NCBI GenBank assembly: GCA_002403445.1
Contig: DHHU01000072.1
Coordinates: 1-58,064, forward strand
Origin: Salinisphaeraceae bacterium UBA4764
GTDB lineage: Bacteria > Pseudomonadota > Gammaproteobacteria > Nevskiales > Salinisphaeraceae
Reading direction: 5' to 3'
DNA length: 58,064 nucleotides
In this document: piece by piece, positions 1 through 8,633 of the stretch
How positions within the stretch are numbered: the stretch's first letter is position 1
Layout of the letters: each line of letters opens with the position of its first letter
Notes under the pieces: generated by a model
Databases searched by the model: none
Told to the model about the DNA's origin: nothing
What the model saw: the letters and a program-made list of their open reading frames with translations, nothing else
Position numbers and translations under genes: made by a program

Positions 1-348
1 CCATGAATCCGTCCCTGGTACGACGGCGTCTTGATATTGACATCGTGAACACCTCCGGCCATCAGTGTGGCTTAATTGGGTGTCCGCTATCATTGAACCA
101 ACTCATTGCCATTCTTAACCCTATGCGTATCAGCACGGTATAAATGCGCATAGGTTAGAAACCCAATGCCGTTAATAGACAACCCCACGCTATCGCCCCG
201 CTTTTTCTCCAAGGTTTGGTCTCCATCCGTAAACTGAACCGAAACCATTTCAATCACCTCTAAGTTCGTCACACTGGACCTTTTGAATAAGCGGTTATTG
301 TTGGTTGCCGGACGAACCAAGCAACATTGTCGCTGTCGAATTGTTGAT

Positions 349-1908
349 ATGACTCACGAGCGAACCACCGTGTTGAATCGCGCCTCAAAACTGGTAACTA
401 TTGCAGCATCTGGGTTGATACTCGGGCTATTTTCCAATGCCCAGGCTTCCGTGCGGGGCTATGACTTGCCTGATCTCGGCAACCCAAGCGCCCAAGCCAT
501 GTCACCCGCAAAAGCGCATCGAATGGGGGCGCGAATCTATGCCAAGCTAAGATCAAAGCAACTGATCGTGGATGATCCGCAACTTGTAGAATTCATACGG
601 GGCATCGGACAACGACTTCTGGCGCATACAACAAAAAATGGGCAACATGTCACTTACCATGTCATCAATCGATCAGATTTGAACGCATTCACTGTTCCTG
701 GGGGCTATATTGCCGTATTTACTGGGGCAATCGCCTCGAGCAGCAACGAAAGTGAATTAGCTGCAGTCATGGCCCATGAGACGGCCCATGCAACGCAACA
801 TCATGTCGTCCAGCAAATTGCTGCCATGAAAGGGGTGGGGCTGGAACACCTCACTATGATGCTCGTTGGGGCTATTGCCGGGGCCTCGACCGGGAATTAC
901 GGGGCTATCCCAGCGGCAGCTACCGGCAGCATAACCAATATGCAAAAACAACGGGCAAGTTTTTCCCGTTCCGAAGAGGCTGAGGCCGACCGGCTCGGTA
1001 TTCACACCATGACATATGCGCATTTTAATCCGAATGCCATGATCACTCTGCTAAAAAAGCTAAAACGCCAAGAGAATACGAACGGAATCGGCGAGGATAT
1101 GAACGGGATCGGGAATTTGCTCACAGGGTTTTTGTCGGTACCCACTGCAGGCAAACGTATTCCCGATATGGAAGAGCGTATAAACAATCTTCCCAAACTC
1201 AAAGTGCGAACCAGCGCCATTTTTCCCTTGATGAGAGAACGCGCCCGAGTTATCCAATCAAACACACTGAGTCGTCTGAGCAACCATTTTAAGACCAAGC
1301 TTGCTCACGGTGAAGATAACGAAGCCAACGCCTACGGCTATGCGCTGACGCTTATTCGACTGGGCCGTGCCAACCAGGCCATCAATGTCTTGACTCCTTA
1401 TGCTCAAAGTCACCCGAACGAAGCGCCTTGGCAGCTGGCCCTAGCACGTGCCGAAAAGGCCATCGGTCAGAAGCAGGTGGCGCTTACACGATTGAAAAAA
1501 GCCAAAAACAAGTTTGAAAACAACAGTGCGGTCAAACTCGCTTATGCGTCTACGCTGCTTGCATGCAACAAACCCGGTGCCATGCGTGAATTTTTGTTAT
1601 CCAAAGATCAGCTTGTAGAAAACTGGGCCCAGGCCCAAACCTTGCTAGCCAAGGGCGCCCACCAGCAAGGTCGTTTGGGCGAGGCCTATTTCCGCCGGGC
1701 CAAGGCATATGCCATGCGCGATGAATACCCTCGCGCGATCAATCAACTGCGGTCGGTTCTTCAAACAGCCAAACTTAACTCACATAGCAAGTCGAGGTTG
1801 AGCGCATTGCGCACCCAGTTGACACTGACTTGCAATCGGACCTATGGAACTAACGCGTGTCGACAGGCGGTCAAAAAACTCGCCAAGCAAAGCGACTTTG
1901 GCGGTTAA
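349..1908 (+). CDS. bepA: M48-family zinc metalloprotease with C-terminal TPR-like repeats (BepA/YfgC-like periplasmic protease)
   Basis: Lies in the frame of ORF 283-1908. The ATG at 349 precedes a signal-like segment LVTIAASGLILGLFSNAQA. HExxH motif MAHETAHATQHH. The helical repeat-rich C-terminal half fits the BepA architecture. Confidence 0.85.
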   Translation: MTHERTTVLNRASKLVTIAASGLILGLFSNAQASVRGYDLPDLGNPSAQAMSPAKAHRMGARIYAKLRSKQLIVDDPQLVEFIRGIGQRLLAHTTKNGQHVTYHVINRSDLNAFTVPGGYIAVFTGAIASSSNESELAAVMAHETAHATQHHVVQQIAAMKGVGLEHLTMMLVGAIAGASTGNYGAIPAAATGSITNMQKQRASFSRSEEAEADRLGIHTMTYAHFNPNAMITLLKKLKRQENTNGIGEDMNGIGNLLTGFLSVPTAGKRIPDMEERINNLPKLKVRTSAIFPLMRERARVIQSNTLSRLSNHFKTKLAHGEDNEANAYGYALTLIRLGRANQAINVLTPYAQSHPNEAPWQLALARAEKAIGQKQVALTRLKKAKNKFENNSAVKLAYASTLLACNKPGAMREFLLSKDQLVENWAQAQTLLAKGAHQQGRLGEAYFRRAKAYAMRDEYPRAINQLRSVLQTAKLNSHSKSRLSALRTQLTLTCNRTYGTNACRQAVKKLAKQSDFGG

Positions 1909-1918
1909 TAACCCTTGG

Positions 1919-2245
1919 TCATCTGAGTAGGGCGTCTTTGCTGGCGCGACGATTAGCGCCCCCAATACTCGCTTCGGCCACATCAAGTTTTGCCTGACAG
2001 GTCACGCAGTGCTGAACTCCAGGGATGGCCTGCCGACGGGCATCAGGAATTGTCTCGCCGCATTCGACGCAGGTTGTACGCGTCGATGCCGTGCTTCCGA
2101 GATGCGCTCGCGCCGTAGCCACGGCATCGCTAACGGTTTGATCGATCTGTTCTTGAACAGCGCCATCTTTTGCCCAGCCTGATGCCATAACATTCTCCGC
2201 TCGGCGCATGCCAATCGAGGCACTATAACCGACTTCGATAATCAA
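1919..2245 (-). CDS. TraR/DksA-family C4-type zinc-finger protein
   Basis: Four-Cys finger CVECGETIPDARRQAIPGVQHCVTCQ near the C-terminus of a small protein. The TTG at 2245 overlaps the upstream stop (TTGA). In-frame ATGs at 2209 and 2188 are alternative starts. Confidence 0.75.
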   Translation of the reverse strand: MIIEVGYSASIGMRRAENVMASGWAKDGAVQEQIDQTVSDAVATARAHLGSTASTRTTCVECGETIPDARRQAIPGVQHCVTCQAKLDVAEASIGGANRRASKDALLR

Positions 2246-2745
2246 TCGCCATCCGATGACGGCCGGTTGACCTTAGCCTCGCCGCGTTTGTTACCCAACT
2301 GATCCACTAGTTTAACTCGATTATAGTCGCCCTTTGGCGGGCTGAATGCAATACAGCGCGAGTTCAGCGCATCGCTAACGTGGGCATTCAAACCTGGGGC
2401 AGTCCACTTCATTGCTATAGTCAATGTGTTGTTTTTGATGTGGGTATGATCAGGTAATAGTTTAATGTTGTAACCGGACGATGCGCGTTGCCCCATTTCT
2501 GCCACAATTACGCCGTTACCATTAGCCATATCAGGTTTGAACGCACTGAGGTTGCGCTGGGCAATCCACTTGCCAAAAGCCGATGGCGTTGCAAAATAAT
2601 CCACGCTCGACGCCTGCGACGGCGTGCCGCAGTAATCAGTGGAAGCGATAACATGCATGTCGTGCCAATGCCCGCGTGGCAAAAGAGCACATCCCCCCAT
2701 AAGGACAACCACAAACAGACCGGTCAGCAGGCGGATAAACGTCAT
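2242..2745 (-). CDS. Putative lipoprotein, PrcB_C-like domain (tentative)
   Basis: Lipobox-like N-terminus LLTGLFVVVLMGGCALL. The segment VIVAEMGQRASSGYNIKLL...TLTIAMKWTAPG resembles the PrcB C-terminal domain. The family call is from memory only. Confidence 0.6.
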   Translation of the reverse strand: MTFIRLLTGLFVVVLMGGCALLPRGHWHDMHVIASTDYCGTPSQASSVDYFATPSAFGKWIAQRNLSAFKPDMANGNGVIVAEMGQRASSGYNIKLLPDHTHIKNNTLTIAMKWTAPGLNAHVSDALNSRCIAFSPPKGDYNRVKLVDQLGNKRGEAKVNRPSSDGD

Positions 2746-2787
2746 GTATTGGCAACTATTGATAAAGCGGAAATAAAAAAATCTGGA

Positions 2788-3408
2788 TCAGGCGCTTGCT
2801 TGGCGATCGGCGTCAATGTAGCCGTTCGTCACTAGATACTCGACGACATGGTCGACACACTCATCGATTGTACTGGTATCCGTGTTCACAACGACTTCCG
2901 GATATTCCGGTGGTTCATACGGTGCGCTGATACCGGTGAAATTGGGGATATTGCCAGCTCGGGCCTTGGCATAGAGGCCCTTGGGATCGCGCGCTTCGCA
3001 AACCGCCAGTGGTGCGTTAACGAATACTTCGACAAAATCACCCTCGTCCGCGAGAGCACGTGCCATGTCACGATCCTGCCGATAGGGTGAAATAAAGGCA
3101 GTCAGATTGATAATGCCAGCGTCCCGGAACAACCCGGCTACTTCGCCGATGCGCCGTATGTTTTCTATACGATCTTCGGGCGAAAACTCCAGATCACGGC
3201 ACAAACCGGTGCGTACATTGTCACCGTCAAGGCGGTAGGTACGACACCCCATGGCCGCAAGCCGTTCTTCCAAAGCAACCGATAACGTCGATTTACCTGA
3301 ACCCGACAGGCCAGTAAACCAAATCGTCAGTCCGTAATGTCGATTTTGCGCCTCGCGCTGACGCCGATCAACACGGGATTCATGTCGTACTATATTGTCG
3401 CTACTCAT
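2788..3408 (-). CDS. cysC: Adenylyl-sulfate (APS) kinase
   Basis: P-loop [12 protein letters not shown] and full-length resemblance to CysC (LDGDNVR, FISPYR motifs). Confidence 0.9.
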   Translation of the reverse strand: MSSDNIVRHESRVDRRQREAQNRHYGLTIWFTGLSGSGKSTLSVALEERLAAMGCRTYRLDGDNVRTGLCRDLEFSPEDRIENIRRIGEVAGLFRDAGIINLTAFISPYRQDRDMARALADEGDFVEVFVNAPLAVCEARDPKGLYAKARAGNIPNFTGISAPYEPPEYPEVVVNTDTSTIDECVDHVVEYLVTNGYIDADRQASA

Positions 3409-3610
3409 TTTGGCCTGTCCGTCATACCGATTTCACCTTACCGTCGGAAGCAGTCCGCCTTATTTAAAGCAAATTATATCGCTTACAACACAATAACGGT
3501 GATACGGCCCGATCAAATGCGTTCGGCTGCATCCAGTAGTCTGGGATAAGCTTAAGAAATGCAAAATTACAGTCACTAAGCAACAATAAAAATATGCAAA
3601 GGTTCGATAC

Positions 3611-5179
3611 ATGAATAAAACGCGGCGCCTAGTGATCGTTCTCGGCGACCAGCTCGACATGGATCTGTCGGCGCTCGACGACTTTTTGCCTGCACGTGAC
3701 ATTGTTTGGATGGCCGAAAATAGCGCCGAAGCTACCCACGTGTGGTGTCATAAAAAACGTTTGGTCTATTTTTTTGCTGCCATGCGGCATCACCGTGACC
3801 GCTTGCGACACCAAGGACTGACTGTTAGCTATCACCAGCTCGAGAGGCTCCCGGCCGAAGACGATGGCAAGGATTTTACTACACTACTGGGCCACGCCAT
3901 CGATACTTTTTTGCCCACCGAACTCGTGATGACCGAGTGCGGGGACAACCGGGTTGCCGAATGCCTAGCTACTGCAGCATCCAATGCCGGACTGACACTG
4001 AATGTCCGCCCCGATCGTCATTTTTATACAAGTCGTGAAGAATTCGCGACTTGGGCGAATGAGAGAAAACGCCTGGTTCTGGAAGACTTCTACCGCGCCA
4101 TGCGCCGGCGACACGACATTCTCATAAAAGATAACGGGCCCTCCGGTGGTGCTTGGAATTTTGACCAATCCAATCGCGAATCATTTGGTAAAGACGGTCC
4201 CAAGCACCTACCCCCGCTCCCACAGTTCGAACCAGACACGGTTACGCGCGAGGTGATCGACATGGTGGCAACCCGATTCGCCGACCATCCCGGTGTACTG
4301 GCGGGGTTTGCTTTGCCAGTCACACGGGAAGATGCCATACGCGCACTGAATGATTTCATAGCCAAGCGTCTGCCCACGTTCGGCCCCTATCAAGATGCGC
4401 TATGGACCGACATGGACTTCGCTTACCATTCGCGCCTCTCAGCCGCCCTGAATGTTCACTTGCTGGACCCGCGCGAATGTGTGAACGCCGCTATTGCAGC
4501 TTACCGCAATGGTGACGCGCCTATTGCCAGTGTAGAGGGGTTTGTGCGGCAGATTCTCGGGTGGCGTGAATTCGTGCGCGGTATTTACTGGCTGTACATG
4601 CCCGCCTACCAAGAGCATAACGCCCTAAACGCCACATTACCCGTACCCGATGCTTACTGGACCGGTCAAACCGACATGGTGTGCGTGAGCCAAGCGATAC
4701 GCAACGTACGCGAGAATGCTTACGCCCATCACATCCAACGGCTGATGGTGCTAGGACTTTTCGCTCAGCTTCTGGGCGTTGCCCCCGGCGCGTTCAACGA
4801 CTGGCATATGGCCATGTACGTCGATGCAATCGACTGGGTTAGCCTACCGAACGCATTAGGGATGAGCCAGTTCGGCGATGGGGGCATTGTTGGTACCAAA
4901 CCCTATTGTGCATCAGGCAACTACATTAACAAGATGAGCAACTACTGTAGGTATTGCCGCTACAATTATAAACAAGCCAGCGGCGAGCAAGCCTGTCCAG
5001 TGACAACACTTTACTGGGACTTTCTCGATCGTCACTACAATCGTTTCAAGGAAAACCCTCGTATGAGGTTTCAAATGAACAATATCCGCCGAAAACGTGA
5101 CGATAATGCAATGATAAAGCCGATTCGCGAGCGTGCAGCGTGGTTGAAGCGAGCGGTACAAATTGGAGATCGTTTCTAG
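3611..5179 (+). CDS. FeS-cluster bacterial cryptochrome/photolyase (FeS-BCP, PhrB/CryB-type, probable (6-4) photolyase; COG3046)
   Basis: 522 aa. The Cys set MVCVSQAIRNV plus YCASGNYINKMSNYCRYCRY...ACPVTTLYWDF matches the four [4Fe-4S] ligand positions of this family. Lies directly upstream of a class I CPD photolyase. Confidence 0.85.
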   Translation: MNKTRRLVIVLGDQLDMDLSALDDFLPARDIVWMAENSAEATHVWCHKKRLVYFFAAMRHHRDRLRHQGLTVSYHQLERLPAEDDGKDFTTLLGHAIDTFLPTELVMTECGDNRVAECLATAASNAGLTLNVRPDRHFYTSREEFATWANERKRLVLEDFYRAMRRRHDILIKDNGPSGGAWNFDQSNRESFGKDGPKHLPPLPQFEPDTVTREVIDMVATRFADHPGVLAGFALPVTREDAIRALNDFIAKRLPTFGPYQDALWTDMDFAYHSRLSAALNVHLLDPRECVNAAIAAYRNGDAPIASVEGFVRQILGWREFVRGIYWLYMPAYQEHNALNATLPVPDAYWTGQTDMVCVSQAIRNVRENAYAHHIQRLMVLGLFAQLLGVAPGAFNDWHMAMYVDAIDWVSLPNALGMSQFGDGGIVGTKPYCASGNYINKMSNYCRYCRYNYKQASGEQACPVTTLYWDFLDRHYNRFKENPRMRFQMNNIRRKRDDNAMIKPIRERAAWLKRAVQIGDRF

Positions 5180-5207
5180 AATTCAATCTCATCCCACTAA
5201 AAAGACG

Positions 5208-6656
5208 ATGTCTCGAACTGCAATCGTATGGTATCGGCGGGATCTTCGTATCGCCGACAATCCTGCACTAGATGCGGCCGTTCGCGGTGCTTACGATCAT
5301 ATCGTGGCGCTTTTTATCGATACCCTGGACGAACTCGGGCGCGAAGCGCCGGGGGCCGCTAGCCAAGTCTGGCTCCATGACGCATTGGCCGCTCTGGCAA
5401 ACGAGCTGACCGGGCTTGGTTCACGTTTGATCTTGCGGCGTGGCGCCGCGCAGCAGGTTTTGAATGATGTAATCCAAGCATCCGGTGCTACGGCGGTTTA
5501 TTGGAATCGGCTGTATGAACCCGCTGTTATCGAGCGCGACAAGAAAATCAAGTCATGGTTGGCTGAGACTGAAGTAGATGCAAGAAGTTTTTGTGCCGAC
5601 GTCGCATTTGAGCCGTGGACAATAAAAACGGGCCAAGGCAACCCTTACAAGGTTTTTACACCGTTCTGGCGGGTGGTCAGAAATCGTTTTGTCGATGCGC
5701 CGCTTACTGCTCCAACAAGGCTTGCCAAGCCACCTGCCGGTCTGCACAGCGAGTCCCTGTCGGCGCTGGGTTTGCTGCCGGCGCATCCCTGGGCCAACAA
5801 GATACACAATGCATGGCACCCAGGCGAAGCCGGTGCACATGAGCGCCTGGAACGGTTTCTCAACCGGACAGCAAAGGATTATAAGACCATGCGTGAACGA
5901 CCGGCACAAAACGGTACTTCCCTGCTCTCGCCGCATTTACATTTCGGTGAGATCGGCCCACGGCAAATCATCCACCGAGTACAAGCATGGCAGCAGCGTA
6001 ATGATCATAGCGACGCTCGCGCCAACGGCGATATGTTTCTCAGCGAGATCGGCTGGCGTGAATTTGGGCGCCACGTGCTATATCACCATCCGCAAACGCC
6101 ACATACGTCGCTGGACGTGCGATTTGCGGATTTCCCGTGGCTCGATGACGAGTGGGCTTTGGATGCCTGGCGACGCGGCCGGACTGGTATTCCGATGGTA
6201 GACGCCGGCATGCGCGAACTCTGGGCCACAGGGATAATGCACAATCGCTTGCGGATGACCGTGGCCTCGTTCTTGACCAAAAACCTGCGTATCGCCTGGC
6301 AACACGGGGAACGATGGTTTTGGGACACGCTGGTCGATGCAGATCTGGGCAGCAACGTGCTGGGCTGGCAGTGGGCGGCTGGCTGTGGCGCTGACGCAGC
6401 ACCGTTTTTTCGCATATTCAATCCGGTGCGCCAAGGCCAAAGATTCGACCCGGACGGCAACTATGTCAAACGCTGGATACCGGAATTGTGCAACATGCCG
6501 GCCAAGCACGTGCATTCACCGTGGGCCGCCCCCCAGTTAGTCCTTGAAACTGCCGGTGTCGTCCTTGGATGGAGTTATCCAAAACCTATTGTGGACTTAA
6601 AGACCTCTCGCCAAGAGGCGCTGGCGGCATTCGAAACCATCAAAAGTGGTAGATAG
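5208..6656 (+). CDS. phr: Deoxyribodipyrimidine (CPD) photolyase, class I
   Basis: The ATG at 5208 gives MSRTAIVWYRRDLRIADNPAL, the canonical photolyase N-terminus. The C-terminal FAD-binding region includes WREF, GWMHNRLRM-like (GIMHNRLRM) and LGWQW. The ORF-track start at 5163 is an upstream TTG. Confidence 0.92.
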   Translation: MSRTAIVWYRRDLRIADNPALDAAVRGAYDHIVALFIDTLDELGREAPGAASQVWLHDALAALANELTGLGSRLILRRGAAQQVLNDVIQASGATAVYWNRLYEPAVIERDKKIKSWLAETEVDARSFCADVAFEPWTIKTGQGNPYKVFTPFWRVVRNRFVDAPLTAPTRLAKPPAGLHSESLSALGLLPAHPWANKIHNAWHPGEAGAHERLERFLNRTAKDYKTMRERPAQNGTSLLSPHLHFGEIGPRQIIHRVQAWQQRNDHSDARANGDMFLSEIGWREFGRHVLYHHPQTPHTSLDVRFADFPWLDDEWALDAWRRGRTGIPMVDAGMRELWATGIMHNRLRMTVASFLTKNLRIAWQHGERWFWDTLVDADLGSNVLGWQWAAGCGADAAPFFRIFNPVRQGQRFDPDGNYVKRWIPELCNMPAKHVHSPWAAPQLVLETAGVVLGWSYPKPIVDLKTSRQEALAAFETIKSGR

Positions 6657-6684
6657 CGCCACGCAAGATCAGACAATAGCCAAG

Positions 6685-7233
6685 TCAGACACAGAGTATC
6701 TCCCGGCGGTAGTGGGCCAACTCAGCGATGGAATCCCGTATGTCATCCATGGCGAGATGAGTGGCGTTTTTCTTGAGGCCATCCAGGGTTGCCGGTGACC
6801 AGCGACGCGCCAGTTCCTTGAGGGTGCTCACGTCGAGATTGCGGTAATGGAAAAACGCTTCCAACTCGGGCATGAGTCGCGCCATGAATCGCCGATCCTG
6901 ACAGATACTATTACCGCACATGGGCGAGGCGCGTGGGGGCACATATTGGCGCAAAAATGCCAGCGTTTGTTCCTCCGCCGCCCGGCAATCATGAGCGCTG
7001 GCGCGCACCCGCTCAGTCAATCCAGATTGGCCGTGTTGACGGGTATTCCACTCGTCCATTTTAGCCAACACGTCGTCCGATTGATGAATAGCCAAAATCG
7101 GTCCCTCCGCAATCGGTTCCAATGCCGAGTCCGTCACCAGCGTGGCAATCTCGATGATTTGGTCGGACGCCGGATCCAGGCCGGTCATTTCCAAATCGAT
7201 CCAAATCAGGTTGTCGTCACTCACGGCCATCAC
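6685..7233 (-). CDS. orn: Oligoribonuclease
   Basis: DEDDh exonuclease motifs [13 protein letters not shown] and [14 protein letters not shown]. Length 182 aa. Confidence 0.92.
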   Translation of the reverse strand: MMAVSDDNLIWIDLEMTGLDPASDQIIEIATLVTDSALEPIAEGPILAIHQSDDVLAKMDEWNTRQHGQSGLTERVRASAHDCRAAEEQTLAFLRQYVPPRASPMCGNSICQDRRFMARLMPELEAFFHYRNLDVSTLKELARRWSPATLDGLKKNATHLAMDDIRDSIAELAHYRREILCV

Positions 7234-7309
7234 TGAACTCGCTTGTTTTACTTGGATTATTTTCGGCGTACGATACGATCAATCAATAAGTTCAAAGGAG
7301 ATCATACCC

Positions 7310-7645
7310 TTGACACAACTAGCTGACCAAAAATGCCAGGCCTGTAGCGCGGATACACCACCCATGACACCTGAAGCCATCAAGGAACGCGCCCATCATC
7401 TCGCCGATCACTGGCAGATCGTGGATAATCAAATACTGCGCGCGGTGTTCGAATTCAAGAACTACTATCACACCCAAGCTTTTGTTAACGCCGTGGCCTG
7501 GATAGCCCACTGCGAACGGCATCATCCGGATATAACGTTCGGCTACAACAAGGCTACCTTGGATTGGTCCACCCACGCCATTGGCGGTCTCTCGGAAAAC
7601 GATTTCATCTGTGCTGCCAAGGTCGATCGATTGAGAACTGACTAG
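7310..7645 (+). CDS. phhB: Pterin-4-alpha-carbinolamine dehydratase (PCD/DCoH)
   Basis: The conserved core FEFKNYYHTQAFVNAVAWIAHCERHHPDITFGYNKATLDWSTH is typical of PCD. The TTG at 7310 is in frame and preceded by AAGGAG (7295-7300). The ORF-track start at 7142 would overlap orn. Confidence 0.8.
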   Translation: MTQLADQKCQACSADTPPMTPEAIKERAHHLADHWQIVDNQILRAVFEFKNYYHTQAFVNAVAWIAHCERHHPDITFGYNKATLDWSTHAIGGLSENDFICAAKVDRLRTD

Positions 7646-8244
7646 ATTGCACTTCGGCCGGCGAATGCCTGGCTGAGTGTGCCCGCGTCGACAGTTTCGA
7701 GATCGCCTCCAACTGGCACGCCCTGGGCAATCCGGCTGATGACCACGCCGGCATTGCGCGCCAAATCCGCGACATATTCTGCGGTCGTCTGGCCTTCGAT
7801 GGTAGCGCTAGTGGCCATAATCAGCTCGTCGATCTGACCGTCTGCGACTTGCTCGGCAAGCCAATCAAGGCCGAGCTCATCAGGCCCAACTCCGTCAATC
7901 GGTGATAAACGGCCCCCCAATACAAAGTAACGACCCTCGTACCCGGTGTTGGTTTCGATGGCGATGACATCAGCCGGACTTTCTACCACACATACCCGGG
8001 CCAAGTGCCGATTCTGGTTGGCGCAGATCGAACACGTGGCCTGCTCGGTCAGCATTCGGCAGGTATCACAGTGCCCCACGCTGGCAATAGCATCGGACAA
8101 CGCCTCGGCGAGCTGTGCACCACCCTGTCGCTCCCCCGCCAGCACGCTAAACGCCATGCGCTGCGCACTTTTTTGCCCAACGCCTGGCAGGATCCGAAGC
8201 GCGCCGATCAGGCGCTCTATTTTGGGCGAAAATCCGTGGCTCAT
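7642..8244 (-). CDS. recR: Recombination protein RecR
   Basis: N-terminal HhH LPGVGQKSAQRMAF, C4 zinc finger CDTC...CSIC, and a Toprim region VVESPADVIAIE. Confidence 0.93.
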   Translation of the reverse strand: MSHGFSPKIERLIGALRILPGVGQKSAQRMAFSVLAGERQGGAQLAEALSDAIASVGHCDTCRMLTEQATCSICANQNRHLARVCVVESPADVIAIETNTGYEGRYFVLGGRLSPIDGVGPDELGLDWLAEQVADGQIDELIMATSATIEGQTTAEYVADLARNAGVVISRIAQGVPVGGDLETVDAGTLSQAFAGRSAI

Positions 8245-8299
8245 CGACCGGTTAAAATACCGACAAGCCGACTTACAAACATACAGCGCACCACTGTCG

Positions 8300-8623
8300 T
8301 CAAAACGGTAAATTCAAGCCGTCCGGCAAGTCCATCCCGCCGGTCATTTCTGACATCTTTTCTTTGCTCGCCGTCTCGACTTTATTGACGGCATCGTTGA
8401 TGGCGGCTGCTACCAGATCTTCAAGAAATTCGTTGGATTCTTCATAAACGCTGGCGTCGATCGTCACATTCTGGACACCGTATTTACCGTTCATCTGAAC
8501 CTTGACCAGTCCCGCGCCTGCGGCGCCGACGATTTCCATTTTCGCCAGTTCTTGCTGGGCTTCCTGCATCTTGCCCTGCATTTCTTGGGCTTGCTGCATC
8601 ATCTTGCCGAGTTGGCCTTTCAT
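8300..8623 (-). CDS. ybaB: YbaB/EbfC nucleoid-associated protein
   Basis: The ATG at 8623 gives MKGQLGKMMQQAQEMQGKMQEAQQELA, typical of YbaB. Sits in the conserved dnaX-ybaB-recR order. Confidence 0.9.
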   Translation of the reverse strand: MKGQLGKMMQQAQEMQGKMQEAQQELAKMEIVGAAGAGLVKVQMNGKYGVQNVTIDASVYEESNEFLEDLVAAAINDAVNKVETASKEKMSEMTGGMDLPDGLNLPF

Positions 8624-8633
8624 TGCATTCTCG

